The notes: generated by a model from the sequence alone, not told the origin. Numbered from the whole stretch's first letter, positions 49,269-62,085 are shown. The stretch is 63,992 bases of DNA, filler included, from Octopus bimaculoides (GCF_001194135.2; 7 parts of 5 records of this genome joined end to end with filler, not necessarily neighbours in it), one strand, 5' to 3'. Program-made: numbers and translations.

Positions 49269-49630
49269 TTATTGAGCAAAAACATCTAAAGCTCCACGAG
49301 GCTCCAACAGGGTGGGAGTGTTGTGGCGAACACCTGCTGTACTCTTTCACCACAGTTTTTTTTTTTTTCACTCTTTCTTCCTCTTTCCGTTGTACCTGTA
49401 ATTCAAAGGGGCCAGCCTTGTCACACTCTGTTTCACGCTGAATCTCCCTGAAAACTACATTAAGGGTACACCTTAAGGGTACACTTTAAGGGTACACCTT
49501 AAGGGTCCACCTTAAGGGTACACCTTAAGGGTACAGGTGTCTGTGGAGTGCTCAGCCATTTGCACGTTAATTTCACGAGCAGGCTGTTCCGTTGATCAAC
49601 TGGAACTCACGTCGTCGCAACCGACGGAGT
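49269..49630 (+). mobile_element. Dispersed repeat family C, copy 2 with a 13-bp unit amplified x6
   Basis: Homologous to 41250-41535. TTAAGGGTACACC x6 at 49460-49537 versus a single copy in the other member. Confidence 0.85.
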
Positions 49631-49641
49631 GTGTATGAAAA

Positions 49642-50060
49642 ATAGATGTTGCTATGTAGTAAGAGGTTTATTTTCTAACCACATGGTCCCGGGTTCAGTT
49701 CCATTACTAGGCACTTTGGGTGATTATCTTCTATTATAGCTTAGATCCGTCCAAACATTTGTGAGAGAGAGCTTCGTATACGGAAACGGAAAGAAACCTG
49801 TCGCATACATGTGCGTATGTGTATGTGTATATACATGTGTGCGTTTGTGTGTGTGGGGGGATGTATTTTGTGTATGTGTTTGTCCTCCACCACTCCTTGA
49901 AACCGGTTTTGTTTCGTTTACGTCCCCGTAATCTAGCAGTTCGGTAAAAGAGACCGATAGAATCAGTACCGGGTTTTAAAAATGGGTCGATTCGTTCGAC
50001 TAAACCTTAAAAGGGGTTACCCAGGATGTCCGCAATCCAGTGACCGAAACAGATAAAATA
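49642..50060 (+). mobile_element. SINE family A, diverged full-length copy
   Basis: CCACATGGTCCCGGGTTCAGTTCC head, internal (TG)-type tract and GTAAAAGAGACCGATAGAATCAGTACC 3' part. Confidence 0.8.
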
Positions 50061-50080
50061 TAAAATATATGCTTATATAT

Positions 50081-50522
50081 ATTCTTTTCTACTCTAGGCA
50101 CAAGGCCTGAAATTTTTTGGTGAGGGGTCCTGTCGATTAGATCGACTCCAGTATGCGACTGGTACTTAAGTTATCGACCCCGAAAGGATAAAAGGCAAAG
50201 TCGACCTCGTTGGAATTTGAACGCAAAACGTAAAGACAGATGAAATAACGCTAAGCATTTTCCCCCCGGCATGCTAACGCTTCTGCCAGCTCGCAGAGAT
50301 ATATGTATTCTTTTATACACTAGGCACAAGGCCTGAAATGTTTGGGGAGGGGGCTAGTCCATTGGATCGACTCCAGTACGCAACTGGTACTTAATTTATC
50401 GACCCCGAAGGGATGAAAGGCAAAGTCGACCTCGGCGGGATTTGAACTCAGAACGTAACGGCAGACGAAATACCGCTAGGCATTTCGCCCGGCGTGCTAA
50501 CGTTTCTGCCAGCTCGCCACCT
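50081..50522 (-). mobile_element. Two tandem SINE B copies
   Basis: 50081-50294 and 50307-50522, both complete reverse-complement copies. Confidence 0.9.
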
Positions 50523-51384
50523 TGACCATGTTTATATATATATATATANNNNNNNNNNNNNNNNNNNNNNNNNNNNNNNNNNNNNNNNNNNNNNNNNNNN
50601 NNNNNNNNNNNNNNNNNNNNNNNNNNNNNNNNNNNNNNNNNNNNNNNNNNNNNNNNNNNNNNNNNNNNNNNNNNNNNNNNNNNNNNNNNNNNNNNNNNNN
50701 NNNNNNNNNNNNNNNNNNNNNNNNNNNNNNNNNNNNNNNNNNNNNNNNNNNNNNNNNNNNNNNNNNNNNNNNNNNNNNNNNNNNNNNNNNNNNNNNNNNN
50801 NNNNNNNNNNNNNNNNNNNNNNNNNNNNNNNNNNNNNNNNNNNNNNNNNNNNNNNNNNNNNNNNNNNNNNNNNNNNNNNNNNNNNNNNNNNNNNNNNNNN
50901 NNNNNNNNNNNNNNNNNNNNNNNNNNNNNNNNNNNNNNNNNNNNNNNNNNNNNNNNNNNNNNNNNNNNNNNNNNNNNNNNNNNNNNNNNNNNNNNNNNNN
51001 NNNNNNNNNNNNNNNNNNNNNNNNNNNNNNNNNNNNNNNNNNNNNNNNNNNNNNNNNNNNNNNNNNNNNNNNNNNNNNNNNNNNNNNNNNNNNNNNNNNN
51101 NNNNNNNNNNNNNNNNNNNNNNNNNNNNNNNNNNNNNNNNNNNNNNNNNNNNNNNNNNNNNNNNNNNNNNNNNNNNNNNNNNNNNNNNNNNNNNNNNNNN
51201 NNNNNNNNNNNNNNNNNNNNNNNNNNNNNNNNNNNNNNNNNNNNNNNNNNNNNNNNNNNNNNNNNNNNNNNNNNNNNNNNNNNNNNNNNNNNNNNNNNNN
51301 NNNNNNNNNNNNNNNNNNNNNNNNNNNNNNNNNNNNNNNNNNNNNNNNNNNNNNNNNNNNNNNNNNNNNNNNNNNNNNNNNNNN

Positions 51385-51438
<54 letters not shown>

Positions 51439-51877
51439 CATATATAAGTGTGCGTATCTGTCTGTGCGTGTACATGTGTATGCGTGCTATAAATACATGC
51501 ATAGACACATTCATATAAATAGCTATGCGCGCGCGCACACGCACATACACACGCACATACACACGCACATACACACTTACACACATACATGCACGCAAAC
51601 ACCTGCGCCTGCGCACGCGTTTTGGATAATCACTACGCGAAACAAAGATGAAGAGAAACTGCTAGCGGTAGTCTCACCGATGCGGCTTATGATTTCTTTA
51701 TCTTCTTCTTTCTTTCTTTTTCTTCTTCTGCTTTTTCTTCTCCTCCTTCCTCTTCTTCTTCTTCTTCTTCTTCTTCTTCTTCTTCTCCTTCTTCTTCTTC
51801 TTCTTCTTCTTCTTCTTTATTATTACTATTATTCATCATTTTTATATCTTTCTCTATATCTCTTGTTCCTTTTATTC

Positions 51878-51914
<37 letters not shown>

Positions 51915-52103
51915 TTCCCTCTCTCTCTCTCTACCTCTCTCCCCCTCTCTCTCCCCCCCCTCTCTCTCTCTCTCTCACCTTACCTTCTATCTCTCTCTCC
52001 TACTCTTCTATCTCTTGTTGCTCGCTTCCCTTAGTGACAACAAACTAAGTCACGTTGCCCTCGCATTAAATAACGAATGTCACACTTCGTAACGAATAGC
52101 AGA

Positions 52104-52203
52104 NNNNNNNNNNNNNNNNNNNNNNNNNNNNNNNNNNNNNNNNNNNNTTAATTAATTAANNNNNNNNNNNNNNNNNNNNNNNNNNNNNNNNNNNNNNNNN
52201 NNN
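52104..52203. other. Artificial scaffold join (44 N + TTAATTAATTAA + 44 N)
   Basis: Same 100-bp structure. Confidence 0.95.
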
Positions 52204-52470
52204 GGCCATTCAGGCGGTACTGGCAACGGCCACACTTGAAATGGTGTATTTTACGTGCCACCTGCACAGGTGCCAGTCCAGCGGCACTGGCAATGACCTC
52301 GCTCGAATGTTTTTTCACATACCACTGGCACAAGTGTCAGTAAGTCGATGCTGGTAATGATCATGCTCAAATGGTGCTATTTACGTGCCACTGGCACGGG
52401 AGCCAGACAGCTGCTCTGGCAATGATCACGCTCGGACGGTGCTCTTAGCGCTCCACTGGCACAGGTTCCA
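52204..52470. repeat. Diverged ~65-bp tandem array (4 units), probably internal to a repeat element
   Basis: Recurrent CTGGCAA(C/T)GA...GCTC...TGGTG..TTTACGTGCCAC...GCAC.GG.GCCAG. Related motifs at 55815-55860 and 55960-55990. Confidence 0.7.
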
Positions 52471-52727
52471 GTCATCGAATTTGGTTCAATTACGATTTCG
52501 ATTTCACTTGCCCCAACAGGTCTTCGCAAGCAGAGTTTAGTGTCCAATGAAGGAAAGGTTGGCTTGTATTCCATCGCTAAAACTTCTGTTTATGTGTCCA
52601 CTTAGCTGTTAGTATCACAGTCCACCTAAATAGGTCCCATGACAGATTGTTAGCAAATAACAAATTCTCGTTTACCAGTATCAAAACATCAAGACAGGGG
52701 TACACACACACGCATATATGTATGCAT

Positions 52728-52890
52728 GCAACAGTCTTCTTTCAGTTTCCATCTACCAAATCCCCCCATACGGCTTTTGTTGGCGCAGGGCTATAACAGA
52801 AGACAACTGCCCAAAGTGCTACTCACTGGGATTGAACCACAGTCCACAAGGTTGACAAGCAAGCTTCTCAATCACACAGGCATACCTGTG
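52728..52890 (-). mobile_element. SINE family A 5' half
   Basis: The + strand TCTTCTTTCAGTTTCCATCTACCAAATCC...CTGCCCAAAGTG...GATTGAACC is the reverse complement of the head. Confidence 0.7.
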
Positions 52891-53274
52891 CTTATCTATG
52901 AACTTCACAAAATAAAACATTAGAATATTTCACAGTTTAATGACAGTGATGTTGTCATTGTTACCATTTTGGAAGGCAACTAACTGGAAGAATCATCTGG
53001 ATATAATAAAAAAAGATGCTTTGATGTAATTGTTCCAACTCTTTATGTTTTGACCTTAAATCCCTTCGAGGATAATAAAATAAAATACCAATCAAATATT
53101 GGTGTTGATAGAACCAGAAAGTTTCTTCCCATAAATGCTTTTACTTAAGCACTTTGCCCCTTAGGGAGCAGAGGCTATCGATGACCATTGCTCACTGTTC
53201 TTGACACTGGGGTGTCTTTCCTGTTTCACTCCAGTTGGTTTCCTGTTTTTTTTTTTCTGTTCTGACTCAGTGTC

Positions 53275-53400
53275 TTGTCTAGGGCATTGGGGTTCTGGCT
53301 TGTAAGTTTGTGGGTTTGAATTCTGGGCCGGACAGCATGTTATGTTCTTGAGCAAGTCACTTCATTTTTAATGTTGCTGCAGTGTACTTTAGGTGAAATT
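53275..53400 (+). mobile_element. Old CORE-like SINE remnant (second copy on the - strand at ~53680-53830)
   Basis: GGGTTTGAATTCTGG B-box-like motif followed by TGTTCTTGAGCAAGTCACTT, resembling the CORE consensus CCTTGGGCAAGTCACTT. Confidence 0.5.
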
Positions 53401-53519
53401 ACAACCAGCCAAATGTTGGTGCAGCCATCTCTCTCTCTCCAGCTTCCGCGTCCTGGATGTCTCATTGAATGAAGAGTGGGAAAGAAAAGAATGTGTTTAT
53501 GTTGGCTTATGACTATATT

Positions 53520-53660
53520 CATTTCAAATTTTGGCTCAAGGCTAGCGATGCCAGACGAGGGGTTAAGTCCATTTCATTGACCTAGTCAGTGCTCAACTAC
53601 TTCTTATTTTATTGACCCCGAAAGGATGAAAGGCAAAGTAGACTTCACTGGAATTTGAAC
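53520..53660 (-). mobile_element. SINE family B 3' part
   Basis: TTTTATTGACCCCGAAAGGATGAAAGGCAAAGTAGACTTCACTGGAATTTGAAC on the + strand. Confidence 0.7.
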
Positions 53661-54059
53661 ATCTTTTTCTGCTGAGTGAACAGGAGCAACGTGAAATAAA
53701 GTGACTTGCTCAAGAACACAACACACATCTTGGTCCAGGGGAGGCTGGTCTCCCATAAAACAATCTTGCCTGGACTTGTGCCTCGGAGGGTAACTTTCTA
53801 GGTACAATCCCATGGTCAGTCATGACAGAAGTGGGGGGTCTCAGCACATGTGTGTGTGTGCATATGTGTGTATGTGTGCAAGCGTGTGCATGCTTGTCTG
53901 TGTGTGTATCTGCATGTGAGTGTGTATCTGTGTTCGTGTGTGTGTGTGTGTGTATGTGTGTGTGTCACTGTCTTCTTGCCTTGACTTCTTGTGATTACTG
54001 TAAACGAATGTCTTTCATCTGCAGTCTTCCTTGGAAATAATGTCCGACCATGAGGAAAC

Positions 54060-54240
54060 AATACCTTTCTTGGAAACAGGTGAGGGTTCTCCAACAGGAA
54101 GGGCATCCGGCTACAGGAAATCTGCCTCAATGGATTTCATCTGACCCATGCTAGCATGGAAAAGTGGATGCTAAACAATGATGATGATGACGATGACAAT
54201 GATGATGATGATGATGACGACGATGACGACGACAATGATA
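54060..54240 (+). mobile_element. RTE-tailed SINE 3' end with (GAT/GAC)n tail
   Basis: GGAAGGGCATCCGGCTACAGG...ACCCATGCTAGCATGGAAAAGTGGATGCTAAACAATGATGATG. Confidence 0.75.
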
Positions 54241-54476
54241 TTTTAGATTCAGCTTTAACTTAACCGTTTCCATCTCCTTCCCCGTCACTCACAGACACAC
54301 ACTCTCTGCTTCCCGGCTTCACCACCTTAATGGAAATCACTTAGAATATCTTTAGTCTTCTATACAACTGAAGTTGTCTCTTCACATCTTTTCAATATAA
54401 TAATATTTATTCACTGTAGATTTAAATTAAAGTTGAATTCAATTTGCAATTCGATTTGCATTCTTTCATATTTCAG

Positions 54477-54507
54477 AAATACAATTACAAAAAAAAAAAA
54501 AAAAAAG
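54477..54507 (+). other. Candidate 31-nt exon (possibly 5' UTR) containing an A18 run
   Basis: TTCTTTCATATTTCAG acceptor and AAG|GTAAGA donor. Confidence 0.35.
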
Positions 54508-55379
54508 GTAAGAAATATCAATGGAAATGTTTGGAATACTACAAAGACATTGTTAAAAGAATATTCAAGGATGTTCTTTAGTACATTAATAATCTAACAT
54601 GAAACTTGCCAAAGATAATTACTTGAAATTCAATTAAACACTTTTAATACAAGAAACCGTTTTTTTTTGTATAAAAATTTATTAAAAAAAAAGAGTTAAA
54701 AAGTTAATTTCAGAATTTTATTTAAAGAATTGAATTTTACTATTATTTGTGTTTTTTAATTCTTAAATCTTTCGTTCAGTATTTTTGCAGCCTAACATGG
54801 CCATAGTCAACAGGCCACTGGCTGGNNNNNNNNNNNNNNNNNNNNNNNNNNNNNNNNNNNNNNNNNNNNNNNNNNNNNNNNNNNNNNNNNNNNNNNNNNN
54901 NNNNNNNNNNNNNNNNNNNNNNNNNNNNNNNNNNNNNNNNNNNNNNNNNNNNNNNNNNNNNNNNNNNNNNNNNNNNNNNNNNNNNNNNNNNNNNNNNNNN
55001 NNNNNNNNNNNNNNNNNNNNNNNNNNNNNNNNNNNNNNNNNNNNNNNNNNNNNNNNNNNNNNNNNNNNNNNNNNNNNNNNNNNNNNNNNNNNNNNNNNNN
55101 NNNNNNNNNNNNNNNNNNNNNNNNNNNNNNNNNNNNNNNNNNNNNNNNNNNNNNNNNNNNNNNNNNNNNNNNNNNNNNNNNNNNNNNNNNNNNNNNNNNN
55201 NNNNNNNNNNNNNNNNNNNNNNNNNNNNNNNNNNNNNNNNNNNNNNNNNNNNNNNNNNNNNATATATATATATATATATATATATATAGTGCGAATTTAC
55301 AAAAAACAAAACAAAAGAGGAAGACGGGTGTGTAAACAACAAACGGATGTATTAGTTTAACGCTAAGGAAGTGAGAAAG

Positions 55380-55417
55380 TCTTTTACATTTCGAGCCTAC
55401 GCTCTTCGACAGAAAGG
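55380..55417 (-). ncRNA. Second variant-core hammerhead-like motif (same repeat family as 24693-24730)
   Basis: - strand: CCUUU CUGUCGA A GAGC-GUAG-GCUC GAAAU GUA AAAGA. Confidence 0.5.
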
Positions 55418-56967
55418 AACACAGAAGTAAACAGAGATGGAAAATAGAAAAAGGTTTAGTGGCTAGCGATCTATCATGGCGAATGCCGGACAGAGGAGTC
55501 ACAGAGGAGAGCTAGTAAGAAGGGGAGATAATAAAGTAGTGGTGATCCCAAAAGTGCTATGCAATGGAACTGAACCCAGAACCATGTCGTTGAGAAGCAA
55601 AGAAAACAGAAAATGGAGAAGTACTGATTAACAACAATTGACTTACATCAATTATTATTTATTAATTCAATGCAAATAGACTACATCCCATCTAACAGTT
55701 GCTTGACTGGAAAGCGATAAGCAGGGGATCTGCACCAGAACCCAATCTGATTTGGTATGTTTTCTGCAGCTGGATACATTCTTCTACAGCTTGATGCCAA
55801 CCACTCCAAGAGTATAGCAGGTGCTTTTTATGTGCCAGTCATGAAACACTGGCATCAGCCACAAATATGATCTCACTTGGCTTAACTGTTCTTCTCAAGC
55901 ACAGTATATTGTGAAAGGTTTTGGTCACTGGTCACTGCCTCCATGAGGCCCGAAGTTTGAAGGATGCTTTTTACGTGCCACCAGCATTAACCATGACTAT
56001 GATTTCATTTGGCTTGATGGGTTTTAACTCTAATGAGTTAAACACTAATCTGAATACGAATGGGTCAAGCATAACAATTTGTTCACCATTTCCATTTCAA
56101 TCCTCACCGGTTCTGCTGCTCTTGAAGAAAAACATCATATTAAGCTGTCAATGCTCCAATATGCCAACCTTTTAACAGCACCATCTGATCACTGGGTGCC
56201 TTTTGTGGGACTTACTCAGATGTCAGGGTTAGGGTCCCTTGTCTATGTTTCCCAAACAGATCAATATATTCTGAGTGAGCATCAACAACATCAATTTCAT
56301 CAGCCTGAGATACGCAGCAGTTGTCATAGTTACGAAATCTTCTCCTTCCCTAATCAACTTATTTTAAAGAAAGGGGAGAATGTGCTTCTTATATTACTAA
56401 TGTTCCCTGTCCATAGCATAATACATTTTGTACTTGTATGACACAGTGCACTTTACAGTAAATAGGTTCCATACGGTGGTATAGTTTAGCACTAATAAGA
56501 GAACTATGTATTGCTTAATTAGTCTAGGTGTCTGCCTAATTAGACAATATCTATATCTTTTACACAAGCTTTCTATGTATTTAGTAAAATAATACCTGTA
56601 GATTTCACACAAGTAATGTATTTAGTGAGACATCTATTGAGACAATAGCTGCAGCTTTTACACAAATTGTCTCCATACTTAATGAGATAATAAATATCTT
56701 TAACACAAACTGTGTATCTGATAAGACATTATCAGAATGTTTACGTGCAGGTGTAGCTGTGTGGTATAAGATGTTTGTTTCCCAATTGCAGTGTTCCAGG
56801 TTCAGTCCCACTGCATGGCTCCTGAGACATTTAGGGAGACAATAACTGTAGCTTTTACACGTTGTCAGAATGTTTAGGGGCAAGTGGGGCTGTGTGGTAA
56901 GGATGTTTGTTTCCCAATCGCAGTGTTCCACCACCACCACCTCAACCACCACCACCTCCACTACCAC

Positions 56968-57067
56968 NNNNNNNNNNNNNNNNNNNNNNNNNNNNNNNNN
57001 NNNNNNNNNNNTTAATTAATTAANNNNNNNNNNNNNNNNNNNNNNNNNNNNNNNNNNNNNNNNNNNN
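56968..57067. other. Artificial scaffold join (44 N + TTAATTAATTAA + 44 N)
   Basis: Same 100-bp structure. Confidence 0.95.
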
Positions 57068-57093
57068 ATATATATATATATATATATAACTGC

Positions 57094-57432
57094 ATGGTAT
57101 GTAGGATCAGCCCTGGCATTAACTGCAGAAATAGAAATGTAGTTTACAGCATAAGATGCATGGAAGGTGCTTGTAAACACCTGAATATGACATACATAGG
57201 GGAAACATCTAGGAGCATTGCGGGACGACTAAACGCACATCTGAGACAATATGACGACAAAAAACAATCCTCCATACACTACCAACATACCAAAGACCAG
57301 CATGGAGGCAACTTAGATCAACTTGACATCCGCATATTATCCAAGCACCCAAAAGACCCAACTCTAAGACAAATACGGGAGTACGTCCATATAAATGAAA
57401 CTTCCCCAATACTAAATAGGAAATATACATAG
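57094..57432 (+). mobile_element. Penelope-like element GIY-YIG endonuclease fragment
   Basis: NVVYSIRC..C....YIGETSRSIAGRLNAH...H...H...LRQIRE..HI....PILN: GIY-YIG catalytic motifs plus the CCHH pattern typical of PLEs. The frame is stop-free over 112 aa. Confidence 0.9.
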
Positions 57433-60400
57433 ATATCATACACACATACCCCCGTTTAACACATGTAGAGTAGAACAGTTGGTGGGCTTTTATGCAGATA
57501 GGTATATGTATGTCTGGGGTGTGTGGGTGTATGTGTCTGCATGTATGTATATGTAAACAAACAGGTCTACATACAGACGGGTAGGTACATAGGGTATATG
57601 AACAGACAACCACATACGCAAATAGAGACTGAAACATATGATCACATATACACACACACTTTACTTCACACAAAGACACATGTCCACACATATGGAGATG
57701 TGCACCCATACATACAAACATGGTACATAGCAGCAAAACACACACACACACACACTCAGACATGCACACACAAGGAGACAGAGGTACATACATACATATA
57801 CACATATACATAAAAAGCATACAAACACAGGAATATGCAGAATACATACATGCAAACGCACACATATGCATACATATATGCATACACACATACATACATA
57901 TATATATATATATGCACACACACACATACATGCATACGCACACATGCACACATACATGCATGCATATACACACACACTGAGATTCACACATGCGCAGAAA
58001 CAAACAAAAGCAAAAAAGAACGTAGCGTAAATAACAGACAGTCAAGACTATTGATAAGGTCGCAAGAGGCAACGAAAATTTTAGGAAAATAAAAAGAAAA
58101 ATAAGTGGAAATTTTACCGGTGAGTGTGTTAAATTTTATGGCACAATAAGAAAATGACTCTCCCTAGACACAATAGTATATATATATACATATATATATA
58201 TATATANNNNNNNNNNNNNNNNNNNNNNNNNNNNNNNNNNNNNNNNNNNNNNNNNNNNNNNNNNNNNNNNNNNNNNNNNNNNNNNNNNNNNNNNNNNNNN
58301 NNNNNNNNNNCGCAAGAGGCAACGAAAATTTTAGGAAAATAAAAAGAAAAATAAGTGGAAATTTTACCGGTGAGTGTGTTAAATTTTATGGCACAATAAG
58401 AAAATGACTCTCCCTAGACACAATAGTATATATATATACACGCTCACACGCACATACATAAATGTTAAGTTCTGAGGTACAGGGATGGATATACTTAAAC
58501 AATATGTGAGTGAGGTGATACAAATGCATTGTAAAGAGCGTAGATAATTTGGAGCCTTTCAAGGGACTTTGCATAATGTACAACAAAGAGTGTTCAAAAA
58601 GAAACGAAAACTCTGTACTGTTTTATAAACGTACATACATATGTAACATGATGCATCTTACGGTGATTGCTGGTGGGAGCAAAAAAACTAATGATATGTG
58701 TGTAACAACATGTTTCCACAATCAAATTAAGTTGTGTCAGTTAATGCGAACGTTTCACAAACATACATGTATAACTTTACGTTCCTTGATACCATATATT
58801 CTCAAAGAACAACTAATCCAATCTGTTAAGTGAAAAGGTGGTTACAGATTTCTGTAATGTAAAACATGTAGTTTCCCAAGGCTTAAATTAATCGAGTAAC
58901 ACAGCTGTAGACATCAAGGTTATTGCTGCCTTTAATGTGGGAATAATGCTATGCATTTGTAACAAGACATCACATATTGATATACTCGTAATCGCCGATG
59001 TATCGGTATACTAGAAATACTTTTTTAACCGTCTGAGTGAAGATATTATGTAACTGAGTTGTATATAGGCACATATTTTCTTCAAAGTGAAAACGTATTA
59101 TTTCGAGACATAATAGTGTTAACACAAGTAAATACTGAAGAATTGTTAACTCATGATATAATTTGCCCCTCGTCCTGTGTTGGTAAAATGGAGCGTGATT
59201 TTATATCGATACGATAATAATTATAGTTACGACATTGTATATTGTATTTTTTATCTATATCCGCTACATTTATGCTCGCATGCACAGAAAGGCAAGTGCA
59301 CACACACACACACGTACACACACACACGTACACACACACACATACACAAATATTAGGTCCTCTAATACAAAGAGAGTGTGTATAGGTGTGATAGAATGTG
59401 TATGCCACAGAAAACCGAACGCTGGCAAGAGATATAACTACGATGCCTTTTTAGAAGCTAGTTCACCTACTTTCATTCTACAATGAAAACTAGATATCTC
59501 CCAAATCAAATTCCTATGCTGCTACTAAGAATCAATTCAGTAAAAGATGACCTACAAGACATAATGCTTATTCTTTGAAAATTTATAGTTTGGTCCAACA
59601 AAATCATGGAAATGTCTTGCAGAGCAATGAGTGTCTGAAATGTCTACATTTTCTTTTCTTTTGGTTTTCTGTGAGGTAGTCACTGCTCCATCGAGGAAAT
59701 ATAAACTTTATGAATCAATAGTAATTTCAGTTCTATATTGTAGAGTCTAGTAGCCGAGTTGCGTGCTCATCACTTTTTTACTCATCAACTACGACTCATT
59801 AAATATATACTTTTTTATATTTGAATATTTGTGTATCGACGGTAACGGACGAATCTCAAACAGAGATTCTCAGGAAAAGCAAAAAGATATTTGCCGTTTT
59901 AAAGCATGTGAGGAATATTAAATCATCAGAACACGTTCTCTTTTCGTAGACTCATTTTGTACGTTTCACGAAAAATAAAGTCGTTAAAATTGTTTGGGCT
60001 TCATATTCACATTGATAAAAATTATTTTCATTAAACAGATCAAAACTTATGCAACTTTCATTATTTTCTTTTCCAGCCTCATATTCATGGTCTTGATTAA
60101 GCGTAAACAACACAGAATATGTAAAGATTTTTCCTCTCATCGAATGATATAGATGCTATGTATCATCATATACAATATCATTCAATAGTTCGTAATTTAT
60201 TATTCATATAGTCATAGCATCTCATTTAGTAAAGACCGAATGGACAGGAAATGAGTGAGATGCAGATGCGATGCAGTCATTTTAGAATGTATTCGGAATA
60301 CAAACACGTATATGATATTGTTCATAATAAATGCAAAGAGTTAAACATGTAAACGTCTGAATCCATGGAATTCTGTGCACATGCATGCGCCAGATTCTGT

Positions 60401-60936
60401 ATAGGAATAGCAACCTGTTATATGATAATACGAGAGATGGTCTCGAGTAATATATTGTCACTCGAGGACAATATAATTAAACGTTCATGCATACCAATTA
60501 TTATATAGCGAAATTTCTGTCAAGTTTGTTAAAGAGGATATTGTCCATAATTCTGTAAACCGAAACAAGTTGATAACCAGAGGCATATTTCGTAAATTAA
60601 AAGACCATTACTATTGCGTTGCAGGTAATAAGATAGAATGAAGTCGAATGTACATCTCATCAAACTTGTATTAAACAGAATGCCGCAATAACAAAATTCT
60701 TGTAGGCTTTCTCAGCGATCTAATATTATGTTGTTAATAATACTTTATATATGCTAATTACATTTTAATAATACAAACATATCTTTTATATATGATGTAA
60801 ATACTCTGTACAGGGAAAAAAGAGAGCATTCATACGTGTGTATGTGTGTGTATGCGCGTGTGTGTATGCGTGTGTGTGTCTGAGAACTTATCTTTCTCTA
60901 TTTGAGAATTACTTCTCTATCTATTTACACACACAC

Positions 60937-60986
<50 letters not shown>

Positions 60987-61637
60987 ACACACACACATAC
61001 ATGACCGTTCATGTATTTGTTTTGCAAGGTTGCTGATGTGAAATCATGTGTTACTCTTATTGCTGTTATTATTGTTATACATGGGGATGGTCATATTTTG
61101 TCCCTCAAACAATATCCGAATTGGCTTCTCCAACACCAATAACATCCTGCAGATTATATCCTCGTATAACAACGATATTCGTAACAGTAAAAGTGTTTCA
61201 CTCAATAACTGTAATAACGTTAATAATAATAACGATAATATTTCGTTAAATAATACTATCAATAGTAATAGTCCTTGTAATTGTGGTCCGAAGAAAGTTA
61301 GCCTTCTCAACGGAAATTGAAGAATTACAAACGTTGTTTATCAATGTAAAATTTCTGTAGGATCAAAAGAGTTCTTTATATTGAATTTCATCCATGGAAT
61401 TAAAAGAAAGTCTTGCCAACCACCATTCTACATTTAAATACATTCATAAACGTGATTCTACAGGTCTTGGTAAAGAAATTTGGTATCTCAAATATTGTAA
61501 TAAACAATTTTCTTTGTTAAATTCAAATTACGACAAACGTAAATAAGCAAACGAACGAAGCTTGCTTTTAGAAGCGTTGANNNNNNNNNNGGTGGGATGA
61601 GCTTATGGGGGTGTGTTGACGATGAAGGGGGAAGGGG

Positions 61638-61880
61638 AAGGTGGATGTAAGAGAGGGGGAAGGTGGGTATGGGATGGGATAGAAAGAGAGGAAGAGAGCA
61701 GAGAGGGTGGGTATAAGAGAGGGAAGGTGGATGTAAGAGAGGGGGAAGGTGGGTATGGGATGTGAGAGAAAGAGAGGAAGAGAGGAGAGAGGGTGGGTAT
61801 AAGAGAGGGAAGGTGGATGTAAGAGAGGGGGAAGGTAGGTATGGGAGGGGGAGAAAGAGAGGAAGAGAAAGAGAGTGAGA
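61638..61880. repeat. 86-bp purine-rich tandem repeat x~2.7
   Basis: Units start at 61638, 61724 and 61810 (AAGGTGGATGTAAGAGAGGGGGAAGGTGGGTATGGG...). Confidence 0.8.
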
Positions 61881-61985
61881 GAGAAGAGAGTGAGAGAGAG
61901 GGAAAGAGAGAAGAGAGTGAGAGAGTAAGAGAGTAAGGGTGAGAGAGTAAGAGAGTAAGAGTGTAGAGAGTGTGAGTAAGAGAGT

Positions 61986-62085
61986 NNNNNNNNNNNNNNN
62001 NNNNNNNNNNNNNNNNNNNNNNNNNNNNNTTAATTAATTAANNNNNNNNNNNNNNNNNNNNNNNNNNNNNNNNNNNNNNNNNNNN
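61986..62085. other. Artificial scaffold join (44 N + TTAATTAATTAA + 44 N)
   Basis: Same 100-bp structure. Confidence 0.95.

Noticed and set aside
48083-52048. 300-500 aa ORFs in the track
   Set aside because: Mostly X residues from N gaps.
58040-58090. Degenerate hammerhead-like TTGATAAG-GTCGC..GCAAC-GAAA downstream of the Penelope ORF
   Set aside because: Several core mismatches, no GUH and only a 3-bp stem I; too weak to support.
58061-58440. Exact ~130-bp direct repeat (58061-58190 and 58311-58440)
   Set aside because: It flanks an N gap and ends at a (TA)n tract, which is typical of unmerged overlapping contig ends.
61044-61320. Asn-rich ORF with a hydrophobic start, tested as a GPCR tail or secreted peptide
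   Set aside because: GTG start, an in-frame stop just after the only good acceptor, low complexity and no homology recognised.
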